Assembly (NCBI GenBank): GCA_934546685.1 | Contig: CAKTEB010000001.1 | Coordinates: forward strand, 22,372-86,371 | DNA from: an uncultured Oscillospiraceae bacterium | GTDB taxonomy: Bacteria; Bacillota; Clostridia; Oscillospirales; Oscillospiraceae | Length of the DNA: 64,000 nt | Direction of reading: 5' to 3' | Shown here: positions 54,975 to 63,969 of the stretch, one piece after another | How the letters are laid out: each line of letters begins with the position of its first letter | Numbering within the stretch: position 1 is the first letter of the stretch | The notes under the pieces: model-generated | What the model saw: only the letters and a program-made list of their open reading frames with translations | The model's database searches: none | What the model was told of the DNA's origin: nothing | Program-made: the position numbers and the translations under genes

Positions 54975-55742
54975 TTATTTGTGGTGCTCCAGTCGCAGAG
55001 AAGTCAGCTGATAGCTGAGCATCATGGCCAGCCAGATCATGCAGATACACACCACTGGGAACACCCCGGTGCCCAGCCACATCTGAGCCAGCAAGGACAC
55101 CACCCACAGCAGCATGCAGACCATATGGCCCACCCGATAGGCCCGAAAACCGCACTGATAGATCATCTGCTTCTCCGCCTCGTCACAGCTGGCGATCCAC
55201 TGCCTCTGGAACTTGGTATCAAAGATATTGCCCTTTTTCTCCGGGTTGATCTGCTTCTCCAGCTTCACAACACGTCCGGACACATAGAAGATCCACACAT
55301 AGCTCAGGACGAAAATCGCAAGGCTCCCCATCAGCAGCCGAAATTCCAGCTGATCCCGGCCAGCGTGGGTGGCCGCCTCCACGGAAGCGGAAAACAGCAG
55401 GAAGTTCAGCACCATCATGGTGTTTGCCAGTACCAGGCTGTAGCCGAGCTTTCTCTCCGTGTTCTCGATGTCCTCGTCCTCGCCGTCCCAGGCGTCGATC
55501 TCCTTTTTGCCCCGGGTTGTCAGTGCAATGGCAGCGATGGCGGTAAGGAGATTGGCGAACAGGAACACATAGGGCACCGCTGTCCCCAATACCTGCCACA
55601 CGCTCCCCAGCTCCAGCAGCGCTCCGCTGCCCTCCAGGACGCCCATTCCAAAGGATGTCGCCGCCCCCAGCAGCATGCTTACAATCAAAATCAGCACAAA
55701 TTTCAAAATGACCTTCCGCTGCTGACGCTTATTCTCTTTCAT
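54975..55742 (-). CDS. DUF3169-like polytopic membrane protein
   Basis: ATG at 55742 follows AGGAGGAG with a 7-nt spacer. About 6 TM segments. 14-nt overlap with the upstream XRE gene. Family name is tentative. Confidence 0.6.
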   Translation of the reverse strand: MKENKRQQRKVILKFVLILIVSMLLGAATSFGMGVLEGSGALLELGSVWQVLGTAVPYVFLFANLLTAIAAIALTTRGKKEIDAWDGEDEDIENTERKLGYSLVLANTMMVLNFLLFSASVEAATHAGRDQLEFRLLMGSLAIFVLSYVWIFYVSGRVVKLEKQINPEKKGNIFDTKFQRQWIASCDEAEKQMIYQCGFRAYRVGHMVCMLLWVVSLLAQMWLGTGVFPVVCICMIWLAMMLSYQLTSLRLEHHK

Positions 55743-55950
55743 GATCTGTCTCCTCCTCATATTCAAAGATATCCTCTACTGTGGCCCCGCAGACCCGGGC
55801 CAGCTTTAGCGCCAAAGTCACAGAGGGGGAGTAGTCCCCTCGCTCGATCTGGCTGATGGTCTGCCGGGATGTCCCCACCAGGGCGCCCATCTGCTGCTGG
55901 TTGACCCCCAGCCGGGCCCGGTATTCCTTGAGATGGTTCTTTAGCGGCAC
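55729..55950 (-). CDS. XRE family HTH transcriptional regulator (small, Cro/CI-type)
   Basis: HTH LGVNQQQMGALVGTSRQTISQIERGDYSPSVTLALKLARV. The preferred GTG at 55950 follows AAAGGAGG; the ORF track extends to 56040. Confidence 0.8.
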   Translation of the reverse strand: MPLKNHLKEYRARLGVNQQQMGALVGTSRQTISQIERGDYSPSVTLALKLARVCGATVEDIFEYEEETDHERE

Positions 55951-55988
55951 AAGCAACGCGCCTCCTTTGACACGGATTCTTTTCATTT

Positions 55989-56006
55989 TGACAACTATCT
56001 TTGTCA
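55989..56006. promoter_or_regulatory. Operator 1: palindrome TGACAA-N6-TTGTCA
   Basis: Perfect 6-bp arms. It lies just downstream of the predicted -10 element of the XRE promoter. Confidence 0.5.
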
Positions 56007-56011
56007 TCCTT

Positions 56012-56040
56012 AGCATAGCACTGACAAGGATACTTGTCAA
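56012..56040 (-). promoter_or_regulatory. Sigma-70-like promoter of the XRE-DUF3169 operon
   Basis: On the minus strand: TTGACA (56040-56035), 17-nt spacer, TATGCT (56017-56012). Confidence 0.55.
56022..56039. promoter_or_regulatory. Operator 2: palindrome TGACAA-N6-TTGTCA
   Basis: Perfect 6-bp arms. It overlaps the -35 element and the spacer. It is the same motif as operator 1, 33 bp away centre to centre. Confidence 0.5.
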
Positions 56041-56050
56041 GAAGAAGTTT

Positions 56051-56087
56051 CAAAAAATCAGCAGCCCTGTTTCCAGAGCTGCTGATT
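56051..56087 (-). terminator. Rho-independent terminator after the truncated binding-protein gene
   Basis: Stem aatcagcagc / gctgctgatt. On the minus strand it is followed by TTTTTTG. Confidence 0.7.
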
Positions 56088-56109
56088 TGTATTTTGAGGG
56101 GGTATTCAA

Positions 56110-57756
56110 TTAGTCCAGTCTGCCAAAATAACGCTCGCCTGCGGTGGTATAGGCGTCAACGACCTCATCGATGCCCATAGACTCTACGGTCTCCACAAAG
56201 GAATCCCAATCCGCGTCGATGTCCGCCTCGCCGATCAGGAACTTGCCCACCTGCTCCGCCACATAGGTGGAGATGTCGGTGTAGTACCGCTGCACGGTGG
56301 CAGTCTCGTCGGTGTCCAGAGTAAACAGGTTGGTGAAGGAGCTCTTGGTAACCTCGCGCTTGTCGTTCCAGGCATCCAGAGCCTCCTGCTGCACCTCATC
56401 GTAGGCCTTCCGCAGGGTGGTGCCATTGGAGGCGAACATGTTCATGTTGATGGTATATGCGTTCAGGGCATTGTCTGTGGACAAGCCGTCAGGGTTGTTG
56501 GAGATCAGTTCGGAGTAGCCGGGCTTGCCATCGGTATACTCCAGGCCCTCGCCCTCGAGACCATACTGGCACAGGATGGAGCCGTCCTCGGAGAAGTGGT
56601 AGTCCAGCCACTGGAGAGCAGTCTCAGGATCCTTACAGGAGGTGCAGATCATCAGGTTGATGGAGATATCGGTGATGTCTCCAAAGCCCACGGTCTGGCC
56701 TTCCTCCGCCAAGGGCTCGGTGATGCCAGCCAAGGTGTAGTCCGGATCGTTGACCTTGCCCGCCTCGGTCCACATGCTCATGAACTGGCAGTCCTGCCAG
56801 AACACGCCATAGGAGCCGGAGGTGATGGCGGAGGAATCCAGCATATCGGAGCTCAGCAGATCCCGGGTGATGAGGCCCTCCTGATACCAGTCTGCCATCA
56901 GGGACAGATAGTCCTTATAGGTGTCGGTGATGTAGCTGTATACCAGCTCATCGTTGTCGTCATAGTAGAAGCTGTTGGCGGAGGACTCCGCAGCGGGGCC
57001 CGCATAGCCGCCCATGGCCGCCAGGAAGGGGCTGCCGGTGATGGAAGCGTCATAGCGCAGAGGCATGGGGTACTCGCAGAGACCCTGATTCTTGATCTGA
57101 GTCAGGTACTCGTGGTAATCGTCGATGGTCACGAGATCCTGGGTCTTCATGCCTACCTTCTCCACCCAATCGGCCCGGACAATGGCGCCGGTGGTGGTGA
57201 AGGAATTATAGCGGTAGCCAGCAAGGCCGCCGATCTGGCCCTCATCATCCACGGTGGCCAAGTACAGGGCGGGATCCGCATCCATCAGCGCGGAGTAGGA
57301 GGGAGCATAGTCCTCTATCATGACCTGGAGATCCATGACGATCTCGTTCTCAATGAGATAGGGGATGGAGTAGCTGCCGGTGATGGCATAGTTCAGGATG
57401 TCGGGATAGTCGCCGGAGGCAAACATCAGGTTCAGGCTCTCAGACTGGGCCGGAGGCGCTACCTCAATGTAATCGATATGAACGCCGGTGCGCTTTTCCA
57501 GCTCCTGCACGGCGGTGGAGTCGTTCCAGCCGGAGATGGTAGCGTCCATAGGGGGAGAGCCAGTCCAGAAGGTAAAGGTGGTCTCATCCTCGCTGATGGG
57601 CAGCTCCACGCTGGGACGGCCCTGGATCAGTTCCTCAATGTTGTCGGGGGTCACATATTTGCTGATGCCTTCTGCCTGAGGCGCGGTATTTTCGGCTGCG
57701 GAGCCAGTCTCCTGGACGGAGCTCTCCCCGGAAAGGGCCCTATTGGAGGCCGCCAC
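56110..57756 (-). pseudogene. 5'-truncated solute-binding-type lipoprotein gene (LplA-like paralogue C) lacking signal peptide and lipobox
   Basis: The 548-codon frame is open and paralogous to 6642-8249 and 14439-16250. However, it begins in the post-lipobox Ser/Glu/Ala linker (..SGESSVQETGSAAEN), with no signal peptide, no RBS and only a GTG. It abuts a truncated AraC gene. Confidence 0.6.
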
Positions 57757-58147
57757 CTACCCGGAGATCCGCGCTCAGATGGAGCACATCTTCGGCCATC
57801 TCAACGACTGGGTCCTGGCAGACCGAAAATCCACCAGCGCCAGCTGGATCGTGGATGTGAAAAACTATATCCGGGGCAACTACAATGACCCGGATCTGAA
57901 TGTCAACCGGGTAGCCGACGAGTTTGGCAAGAATCCCTCCTATCTCTCCCGCAGCTTTCTGCGGCTCACCGGCACCAGCATCCTCGACTATATCCACTAC
58001 TATCGCATCCAAGAGGCAAAGATCCTCATCGGCAGGGGAGAGACCCTGGCCTCCGCCGCCAGCGCCGTGGGCTATACCAATGTGCTCACCATGTCCCGGG
58101 CCTTCAAGAAATACGAAGGCACTACCCCCGGCAAGTTCAAATCCTGA
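57743..58147 (+). pseudogene. 5'-truncated AraC family regulator (C-terminal HTH half only)
   Basis: 134 codons covering only the double-HTH region (VNRVADEFGKNPSYLSRSFLR ... VGYTNVLTMSRAFKKYEGTTPGKF). This matches the C-terminus of the 424-aa AraC at 21238-22512. No RBS or ATG at the start. Confidence 0.65.
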
Positions 58148-58153
58148 TCCCAT

Positions 58154-58186
58154 GGCGCGCCGCAGAGGCAGTATCTGCGGCGCGCC
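58154..58186 (+). terminator. Terminator hairpin after the AraC remnant
   Basis: 13-bp GC stem ggcgcgccgcaga / tctgcggcgcgcc, with TTTT 9 nt downstream. Confidence 0.55.
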
Positions 58187-58294
58187 ACGTCTAATTTTGA
58201 TGGTTTCCGCAGGCAGAATACGAATCTTGCATTCCTGCTCCGGCTTCTGTATGCTATTGGCAGAAAGAACAACCCCACATTAGGAGGTCCTACC

Positions 58295-60349
58295 ATGTCC
58301 AACCGTTACGAACTTCTGCTTTCCCCCATTCAGGTGGGCAACGTACTGCTGAAAAACCGGATGGTATCCACCGCCGGTATCCCCCATATGCTCCAGGGTA
58401 CCGAGGAGTACCCCACCGATCGGCTGATCTCCCATCTGGCCAACCGGGCCAAGAACGGCGCGGCGGCGGTGTATCTGAACTTTGCCATGCGCACCGACGA
58501 GGGTCCCGGCGGCCCGCCTATGAAGCCCGGCGAGATCGCCATGAGCTTTCCGCCCCATGATACGGCGGTGAACATTGCCAAAACCAGCGCGCACAATTAC
58601 CTCTGTCAGACCATCGATGCCATCCGGTACTATGAGTCCATCGCCATCACCCAGCCCATGGGCTCCTTCACCCGGACTGACATGCCCGGCGGCCCCATGA
58701 AGGATGGCACCCCCCAACATGGCGGCGGCGGCCCCATGATGCCCTCGGATCCCATGGAGCAGCTGCGGCAGGAGCAGGAGCAGTGCCGCGGCCGCAGCGT
58801 AGATCACATCACGAAGAAGCAGATTCAGGAGTTCATTGATTCCACAGTCGCCAACGCTAAGATCCTCAAGCAGTTTGGCTTTGAGATGTTCTCCTTCCAC
58901 AATGCCTATCACAACGGCACCATGGCGGAGTTCTGGTCCACCCACACCAACCACCGCACCGATGAATACGGCGGCTCCGCCAAGAACCGGGCACGGCTGA
59001 TGATCGAGGTCATGGATGCCATGAAGCAGACCTTTGGCCGGGATTTCCCCATTGAGATGCTGATTTCCGTAGACGGTCTGGGCGTCAATCGCGGCGACAC
59101 CTTCGAGCTGGCCAAGCTCCTGGAGGGCAAGGTGGATATTCTCCATGTGCGACACGGAGACAAGGATCCTCAGCATCCCATCGGCTTCACCTCCTCCCGG
59201 GCAGTGCCCTGTCCCAATCTGGATGCGGCCGCGGCCCTGAAGGAATCCATTATGAGCCGAGGCGGCTCCATCAAGGTGGGCGTGTCCGCAGGTCTCCAGA
59301 ACCCCGATTTCAACGAAAAGATCCTCCGGGAGCATAAGGCGGATATCATCTGCATGTCCCGGGCCTGGATCTGCGACAGTGACTACGGCAAGAAGATCTA
59401 TGCGGGCCGGGGCGAGGACGTGACCCCCTGCATCCGCTGCAACAAGTGCCATGTTCCCAACGATTCCGACAAATTCCGCTCCTTCTGCTCCGTGAACCCC
59501 AAGATTGGCATGGAGTTCAAGCTGGATCAGGTCATCGAGCCCGTGGGCCAGAAGAAGAAGGTGGCCATTATCGGCGGCGGCCCCGCTGGCATGAAGTGCG
59601 CCATTACCTGCGCCGAGCGCGGCCATGACGTGACGCTCTACGAAAAATCCTCCCAGCTGGGCGGCCAACTGTTCCATGCGGACTACGCCAGCTTCAAGTG
59701 GCCTCTGGCGGACTTCAACCATTGGCTGATCCGTCAGTGCTATCAGAAGGGCGTGAAAATTTGCCTGAACACCGAGGCCACAAAGGAAATGCTGGCCCCC
59801 GAGGGCTATGACGACGTGGTAGTTGCCATTGGCCCCCGGTTCAAGACCCCCCGACTGCCCATTGAGGAGGGCACCAACACCATGCTCTGTGTGGATGTCT
59901 ACGGCCATGAGGCGGAGCTGCCCCACGAGATCGTAGTCATCGGCGGCAGCGAGACCGGCACCGAGACCGGCATGCACTTGGCTGAAAAGGGCCACCATGT
60001 AACTGTCATGACCCGCCAGGATATGCTGGCTCAGGACGCCCCCCACGCCCACTTTGTGGTGATGATGATGGATGCCTACGAGCACCTGAAGGGCTTTGAT
60101 TACGCCCGGAAGATCCAAAAATATGTGTCCGTGACCCCCAAGGGCGTCACCTATATCGATGAGTACGGTCAGGAGCAGTTCGTTTCCGCGGACCTGGTGG
60201 TACTCTCCGGCGGCGTGGCCGCTACCCCGGATCTCTGCGCCCAGTTCTACGGCTCCGGCAAGCATATGCACTACATTGGCGACTGCTATCGCCCCGGCGA
60301 CGTCCACAAGGCCGTCACCGCTGGCTTCGCCACCGCAAGCCAGATCTAA
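58295..60349 (+). CDS. FMN/FAD-dependent oxidoreductase (OYE-like + Cys4 + FAD/NAD(P) domain), paralogue 3
   Basis: 684 aa. RBS AGGAGG. N-terminus MSNRYELLLSPIQVGN. Motifs HRTDEYGGSAKNRARL, CIRCNKC-x12-C-SVNP, VAIIGGGPAGM and IVVIGGSETG. Confidence 0.85.
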   Translation: MSNRYELLLSPIQVGNVLLKNRMVSTAGIPHMLQGTEEYPTDRLISHLANRAKNGAAAVYLNFAMRTDEGPGGPPMKPGEIAMSFPPHDTAVNIAKTSAHNYLCQTIDAIRYYESIAITQPMGSFTRTDMPGGPMKDGTPQHGGGGPMMPSDPMEQLRQEQEQCRGRSVDHITKKQIQEFIDSTVANAKILKQFGFEMFSFHNAYHNGTMAEFWSTHTNHRTDEYGGSAKNRARLMIEVMDAMKQTFGRDFPIEMLISVDGLGVNRGDTFELAKLLEGKVDILHVRHGDKDPQHPIGFTSSRAVPCPNLDAAAALKESIMSRGGSIKVGVSAGLQNPDFNEKILREHKADIICMSRAWICDSDYGKKIYAGRGEDVTPCIRCNKCHVPNDSDKFRSFCSVNPKIGMEFKLDQVIEPVGQKKKVAIIGGGPAGMKCAITCAERGHDVTLYEKSSQLGGQLFHADYASFKWPLADFNHWLIRQCYQKGVKICLNTEATKEMLAPEGYDDVVVAIGPRFKTPRLPIEEGTNTMLCVDVYGHEAELPHEIVVIGGSETGTETGMHLAEKGHHVTVMTRQDMLAQDAPHAHFVVMMMDAYEHLKGFDYARKIQKYVSVTPKGVTYIDEYGQEQFVSADLVVLSGGVAATPDLCAQFYGSGKHMHYIGDCYRPGDVHKAVTAGFATASQI

Positions 60350-60390
60350 CCTCGCTTCTTTCCCTGCGTGTTACTTCATAAAACGCAGAA

Positions 60391-60422
60391 ATACGGCTGA
60401 CCGGAGCTCCGGCCAGCCGTAT
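60391..60422. terminator. Bidirectional terminator hairpin
   Basis: Stem atacggctg.ccgg / ccgg.cagccgtat. A second small hairpin ctgcgt/acgcag lies at 60364-60388. Confidence 0.5.
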
Positions 60423-60440
60423 CTGCATTTGCGGGAACTA

Positions 60441-61070
60441 TCAGGGCATGGGGTTTGCCGCCTGCTGCTTTGCCATTTCCTCAGCAAAGGCGATAGCGTC
60501 GGCGATGTCCTGCTCATCGGTGTAGATGGTATAGGTGGCGCCCATGTTGGTGGCCGCGTCCGTGATGGTCACGTCAAAATCGCCGGTGAAGCCGGAGATG
60601 GTGACCTTCTCGCTGGTGGGGTAGCTGTAGGGGCCGCCCAAGCCCACGTTGGAGTAGGTCACAGTGCCATCGGAAGCGGTGATGCCGGCGCCCTCTTCTC
60701 CCGCCTGGGGCTCGCCCATATCGCCGGGGGCGTCGCACTGGAAGAAGAATACGAAGTCTTCCCCTACGGTGGCCTCAAAGGTCTGCCCATCGGAGAAGGT
60801 CACCGTGCAGGCCACGGGCTCCTCCGCCAGGGATTCCTCCTGGGCGGAGGGTTCTTCTGCAATGGACAGCTCCGCCGCCGAGGGCTCCTCCTTTTCGGAT
60901 ACGGGCTCCGGGGCAGGGGCGGGGGCCTGGGTCACGGTCTCCTCCTGGGGTGCGGATGCGGGCGCTGAGGCGGAGCTTGCGGCGGAACTGGTCGTGTTTC
61001 CGCCGCAGGCCGTCAGCATGCCTGCGGTCATACAGGCTGCCAGCAGCAGGGCAAGGGTTCTCTTTTTCAT
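60441..61070 (-). CDS. Hypothetical lipoprotein
   Basis: ATG at 61070 follows GGGAGGAA. Lipobox MLTACGG. An Ala/Ser/Pro/Glu-rich linker is followed by a ~110-aa globular part. No family recognised. Confidence 0.65.
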   Translation of the reverse strand: MKKRTLALLLAACMTAGMLTACGGNTTSSAASSASAPASAPQEETVTQAPAPAPEPVSEKEEPSAAELSIAEEPSAQEESLAEEPVACTVTFSDGQTFEATVGEDFVFFFQCDAPGDMGEPQAGEEGAGITASDGTVTYSNVGLGGPYSYPTSEKVTISGFTGDFDVTITDAATNMGATYTIYTDEQDIADAIAFAEEMAKQQAANPMP

Positions 61071-61265
61071 TTCATTTCCTCCCATACATAGATTCTACCG
61101 CACATATGGTTTATTCCGCAGAACGCCAAATGTGCTCATCTGCATTATAGGATCCAGACATCCCCTTGTCAATGCGGCAGGTTCAACAGATTGTTACCGT
61201 CTACTTTGTCTATTTATTACGGAATTATTAAGCGTCATTGCCATTGCCTTTGTATATTTTGTCGC

Positions 61266-61294
61266 TTGTCAAACGCCACCCTTATTCCTATCAT
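61266..61294 (+). promoter_or_regulatory. Sigma-70-like promoter for tcdA
   Basis: TTGTCA (61266-61271), 17-nt spacer, TATCAT (61289-61294). Confidence 0.45.
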
Positions 61295-61332
61295 ATAAGT
61301 ATGTTTGTAAGAAATTCGGAGGAATCTATTTC

Positions 61333-62103
61333 ATGCTCAATCAATTTTCAAGGACCCAGCTGCTGCTGGGAAAGCCCGCTCTGGAGCGGCTGCGCCAATC
61401 CAGAGTGGCGGTATTCGGCATCGGCGGCGTAGGCGGCTATGTATGCGAGGCCCTGGTCCGCAGCGGCGTAGGGGCCTTTGACCTCATCGACGACGACCGG
61501 GTCTGTCTCACCAATCTCAACCGCCAGATCATCGCCACCCGGAAAACCGTAGGTCAGTACAAGGCCGACGTCATGGCGGAGCGCATTCACGACATTGACC
61601 CCCAGGCCCAGGTCACCGTGCGGAAGACCTTTTTCCTGCCGGAGAACGCCGACGATTTTCCCTTTAATGACTATGACTATATTGTAGACGCGGTGGATAC
61701 CATCTCCGCCAAGCTGGAGCTGGTGATGCAGGCCCAGTGCCGGGGCGTTCCCATTATCAGCTCCATGGGTGCCGGAAACAAGCTGGATCCCACGGCCTTT
61801 CAAGTGGCGGATATCTATGAGACCAAGGTGTGCCCCCTGGCCCGTATCATGCGCCGAGAGCTTCGGAAGCGGGGAGTGGAGCACCTGAAGGTCGTCTACT
61901 CCCAGGAGCCCCCCATCCGTCCCCTGGAGGATATGTCCATCAGCTGCCGGACCCACTGCATCTGCCCGCCGGGCGCCCAGCACAAGTGTACTGAGCGGCG
62001 GGATATCCCCGGTAGCACCGCCTTTGTACCCTCGGTGGCGGGCCTCATCATTGCCGGAGAGGTGATCCGGGATCTGACCGCCAACCTGCCCAGGGAGTGC
62101 TGA
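61333..62103 (+). CDS. tcdA: tRNA threonylcarbamoyladenosine dehydratase (ThiF/E1-like)
   Basis: ATG at 61333 follows GGAGGAA. Motifs VAVFGIGGVGGYVCEALVRSGVG and DDDRVCLTNLNRQ. Confidence 0.88.
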   Translation: MLNQFSRTQLLLGKPALERLRQSRVAVFGIGGVGGYVCEALVRSGVGAFDLIDDDRVCLTNLNRQIIATRKTVGQYKADVMAERIHDIDPQAQVTVRKTFFLPENADDFPFNDYDYIVDAVDTISAKLELVMQAQCRGVPIISSMGAGNKLDPTAFQVADIYETKVCPLARIMRRELRKRGVEHLKVVYSQEPPIRPLEDMSISCRTHCICPPGAQHKCTERRDIPGSTAFVPSVAGLIIAGEVIRDLTANLPREC

Positions 62104-62148
62104 CAAACACGCCCATCTGTCTCCGGAGAACACCTTCTAAACAAAGCC

Positions 62149-62183
62149 AACTGCCCTGCGCCAAGATCCGGCGCAGGGCAGTT
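62149..62183. terminator. Bidirectional terminator
   Basis: 14-bp stem aactgccctgcgcc / ggcgcagggcagtt with a 7-nt loop. Confidence 0.6.
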
Positions 62184-62191
62184 TCATTCTA

Positions 62192-63952
62192 TCAGGGATT
62201 TTCCTCCCGGATCTTGTCCATGATCCGGCCCATCAATCCTGTGCGGCCGAAGGGCGTCATGAGATAGTAGCCGTCCACATAGGGGGTGATCTCCCGTGCC
62301 ACTGCCGCGGAGATCTTTACCGCCAGCTCCTCGCCAGCGGCCCGGTCCAGGCCCTCGTAGCGCTCCACGATCTGGGGATCCACCGTGATGCCCGCCACCT
62401 CGCTGTTCATAAACAGCGCATTCCGCTGGCTCACCACCGGAATAATGCCGCCCAGGAGCTTTCCCTTCAGGGTCTCACGGGCCAGCTTCAGATTCTCCAG
62501 CGCCTGGGCCGTCAGCACCGGCTGGGTCAGGAACCCCACCATGCCGTTTTCCTCCTTCTTCTGGGCCAGCCGCAGCTGCACCGAGAAGTTTCTGGCATTG
62601 AGATTCAGCGCGCCGAATACCTGGAAGGGCGTATCCAGGGCCGTTTCGCTCAGGCCGCAGATATACCGGGCCAGCATCCGGGAGTTGAAGTTATAGACGC
62701 TCTTCACCTCATCCCGGCTGGCAGTGGGGATGGGATCGCCGGTTACGGTGAGCACATTGTGGATCCCCTCGGCGCTGAGGCCCAGCAGAAGGGCCTTGGT
62801 GGCGTTGAGGTTTCGATCCCGGCAGGTCATATGGGGCAGCGCCTGGATCCCCAGTTCCCGATGGATCTTGCAGGCCAGAATGCTGGAGTCCATCCGCGCT
62901 CTGGCAATGGGGCAGTCGGCAATGGTGATAATGTCCGCCCCGTGGTCCTGGAGCTCTCTGGCTCCAGCCATGAATTTCGTCACATTTCCGGACTCCGGCG
63001 GATCCAGTTCCACCGCAAAGACCTTGCGCCGCCCCTCCTCCAGCAGCCGGAAGAAGGGATTCTCCTGAGGCTGGAGTTTTTCGCCGCTGTCCTTCACGGA
63101 AATGGGCACGGTCTTTGGCAGATCCTGCTTCAGCGCTCCGGCCACCGCCGCCAGATGCCGGGGCGTGGTACCGCAGCAGCCGCCCAGGATTTTCACGCCC
63201 ATAGCCTTCAGCCCCGCCAGCTGACCGGCGAAATACTCCGGATCTCCCTCATAGACCGTCCGGCTGCCCAGCACTGTGGGATAGCCCGCATTGGGCATCA
63301 CGGACAGGGGCTTTGTCACCGGGCCCAGCTGCTCCACCAATGCGCGCATATGCCGTGCGCCGGACACGCAGTTGAGACCCACCGCATCTACCGCCGGGCA
63401 GACCTCTGCCTGACGGATCAGATGGGTCGCCAACTGGCCAGACCGGGTGAAGCCGTCGGGCTGAGCCGCAAAGGACACCAGGATAAAGGCCTCCGGGTCC
63501 CGCTCCTTGATGTAGCTGGCCGCCGCCTGAACACAGGAAAAGCTGCCCAGGGTCTCAAACAGGAAGTTCTTCGCCCCCAGCTTCAGGAACTGATCCGCGA
63601 TAAACCGGTATTCCTCCACCGCCTGCTCCGCGCCTGTCATGGCAACCGGCCCCATATCCGCAAACACGAATTTACCTTCTGCCGCCTGGGAAGCCAGCTT
63701 CCAGCCCGCCTCGATCACCTTCTCGCAGGTCTCCTGATCCAGATTCACCCGATTGGCCCCGAAGGTATTGGTCTTGATCGCCCCGCAGCCCGCATTCAGG
63801 TAGGCCCGGTGGATCTCCATCACCTGCTCCGGATGGGTAAGGTTGGTTCTCTCGCACTGCTCCGCGGGTACATGGTAATTTCCCATCAGATAGGTGCCCA
63901 TGGCACCGTCAAACAGCAGCTGGTGCTCCTTTAGATATTCTTTTACATCCAT
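62192..63952 (-). CDS. Bifunctional homocysteine S-methyltransferase / 5,10-methylenetetrahydrofolate reductase
   Basis: 586 aa. The N-terminal Hcy-binding domain has LFDGAMGT and GGCCGTTPRH. The C-terminal half is MTHFR-like (HMTCRD, TVTGDP). Confidence 0.88.
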   Translation of the reverse strand: MDVKEYLKEHQLLFDGAMGTYLMGNYHVPAEQCERTNLTHPEQVMEIHRAYLNAGCGAIKTNTFGANRVNLDQETCEKVIEAGWKLASQAAEGKFVFADMGPVAMTGAEQAVEEYRFIADQFLKLGAKNFLFETLGSFSCVQAAASYIKERDPEAFILVSFAAQPDGFTRSGQLATHLIRQAEVCPAVDAVGLNCVSGARHMRALVEQLGPVTKPLSVMPNAGYPTVLGSRTVYEGDPEYFAGQLAGLKAMGVKILGGCCGTTPRHLAAVAGALKQDLPKTVPISVKDSGEKLQPQENPFFRLLEEGRRKVFAVELDPPESGNVTKFMAGARELQDHGADIITIADCPIARARMDSSILACKIHRELGIQALPHMTCRDRNLNATKALLLGLSAEGIHNVLTVTGDPIPTASRDEVKSVYNFNSRMLARYICGLSETALDTPFQVFGALNLNARNFSVQLRLAQKKEENGMVGFLTQPVLTAQALENLKLARETLKGKLLGGIIPVVSQRNALFMNSEVAGITVDPQIVERYEGLDRAAGEELAVKISAAVAREITPYVDGYYLMTPFGRTGLMGRIMDKIREENP

Positions 63953-63969
63953 TGCTATGATCCTTTCTC

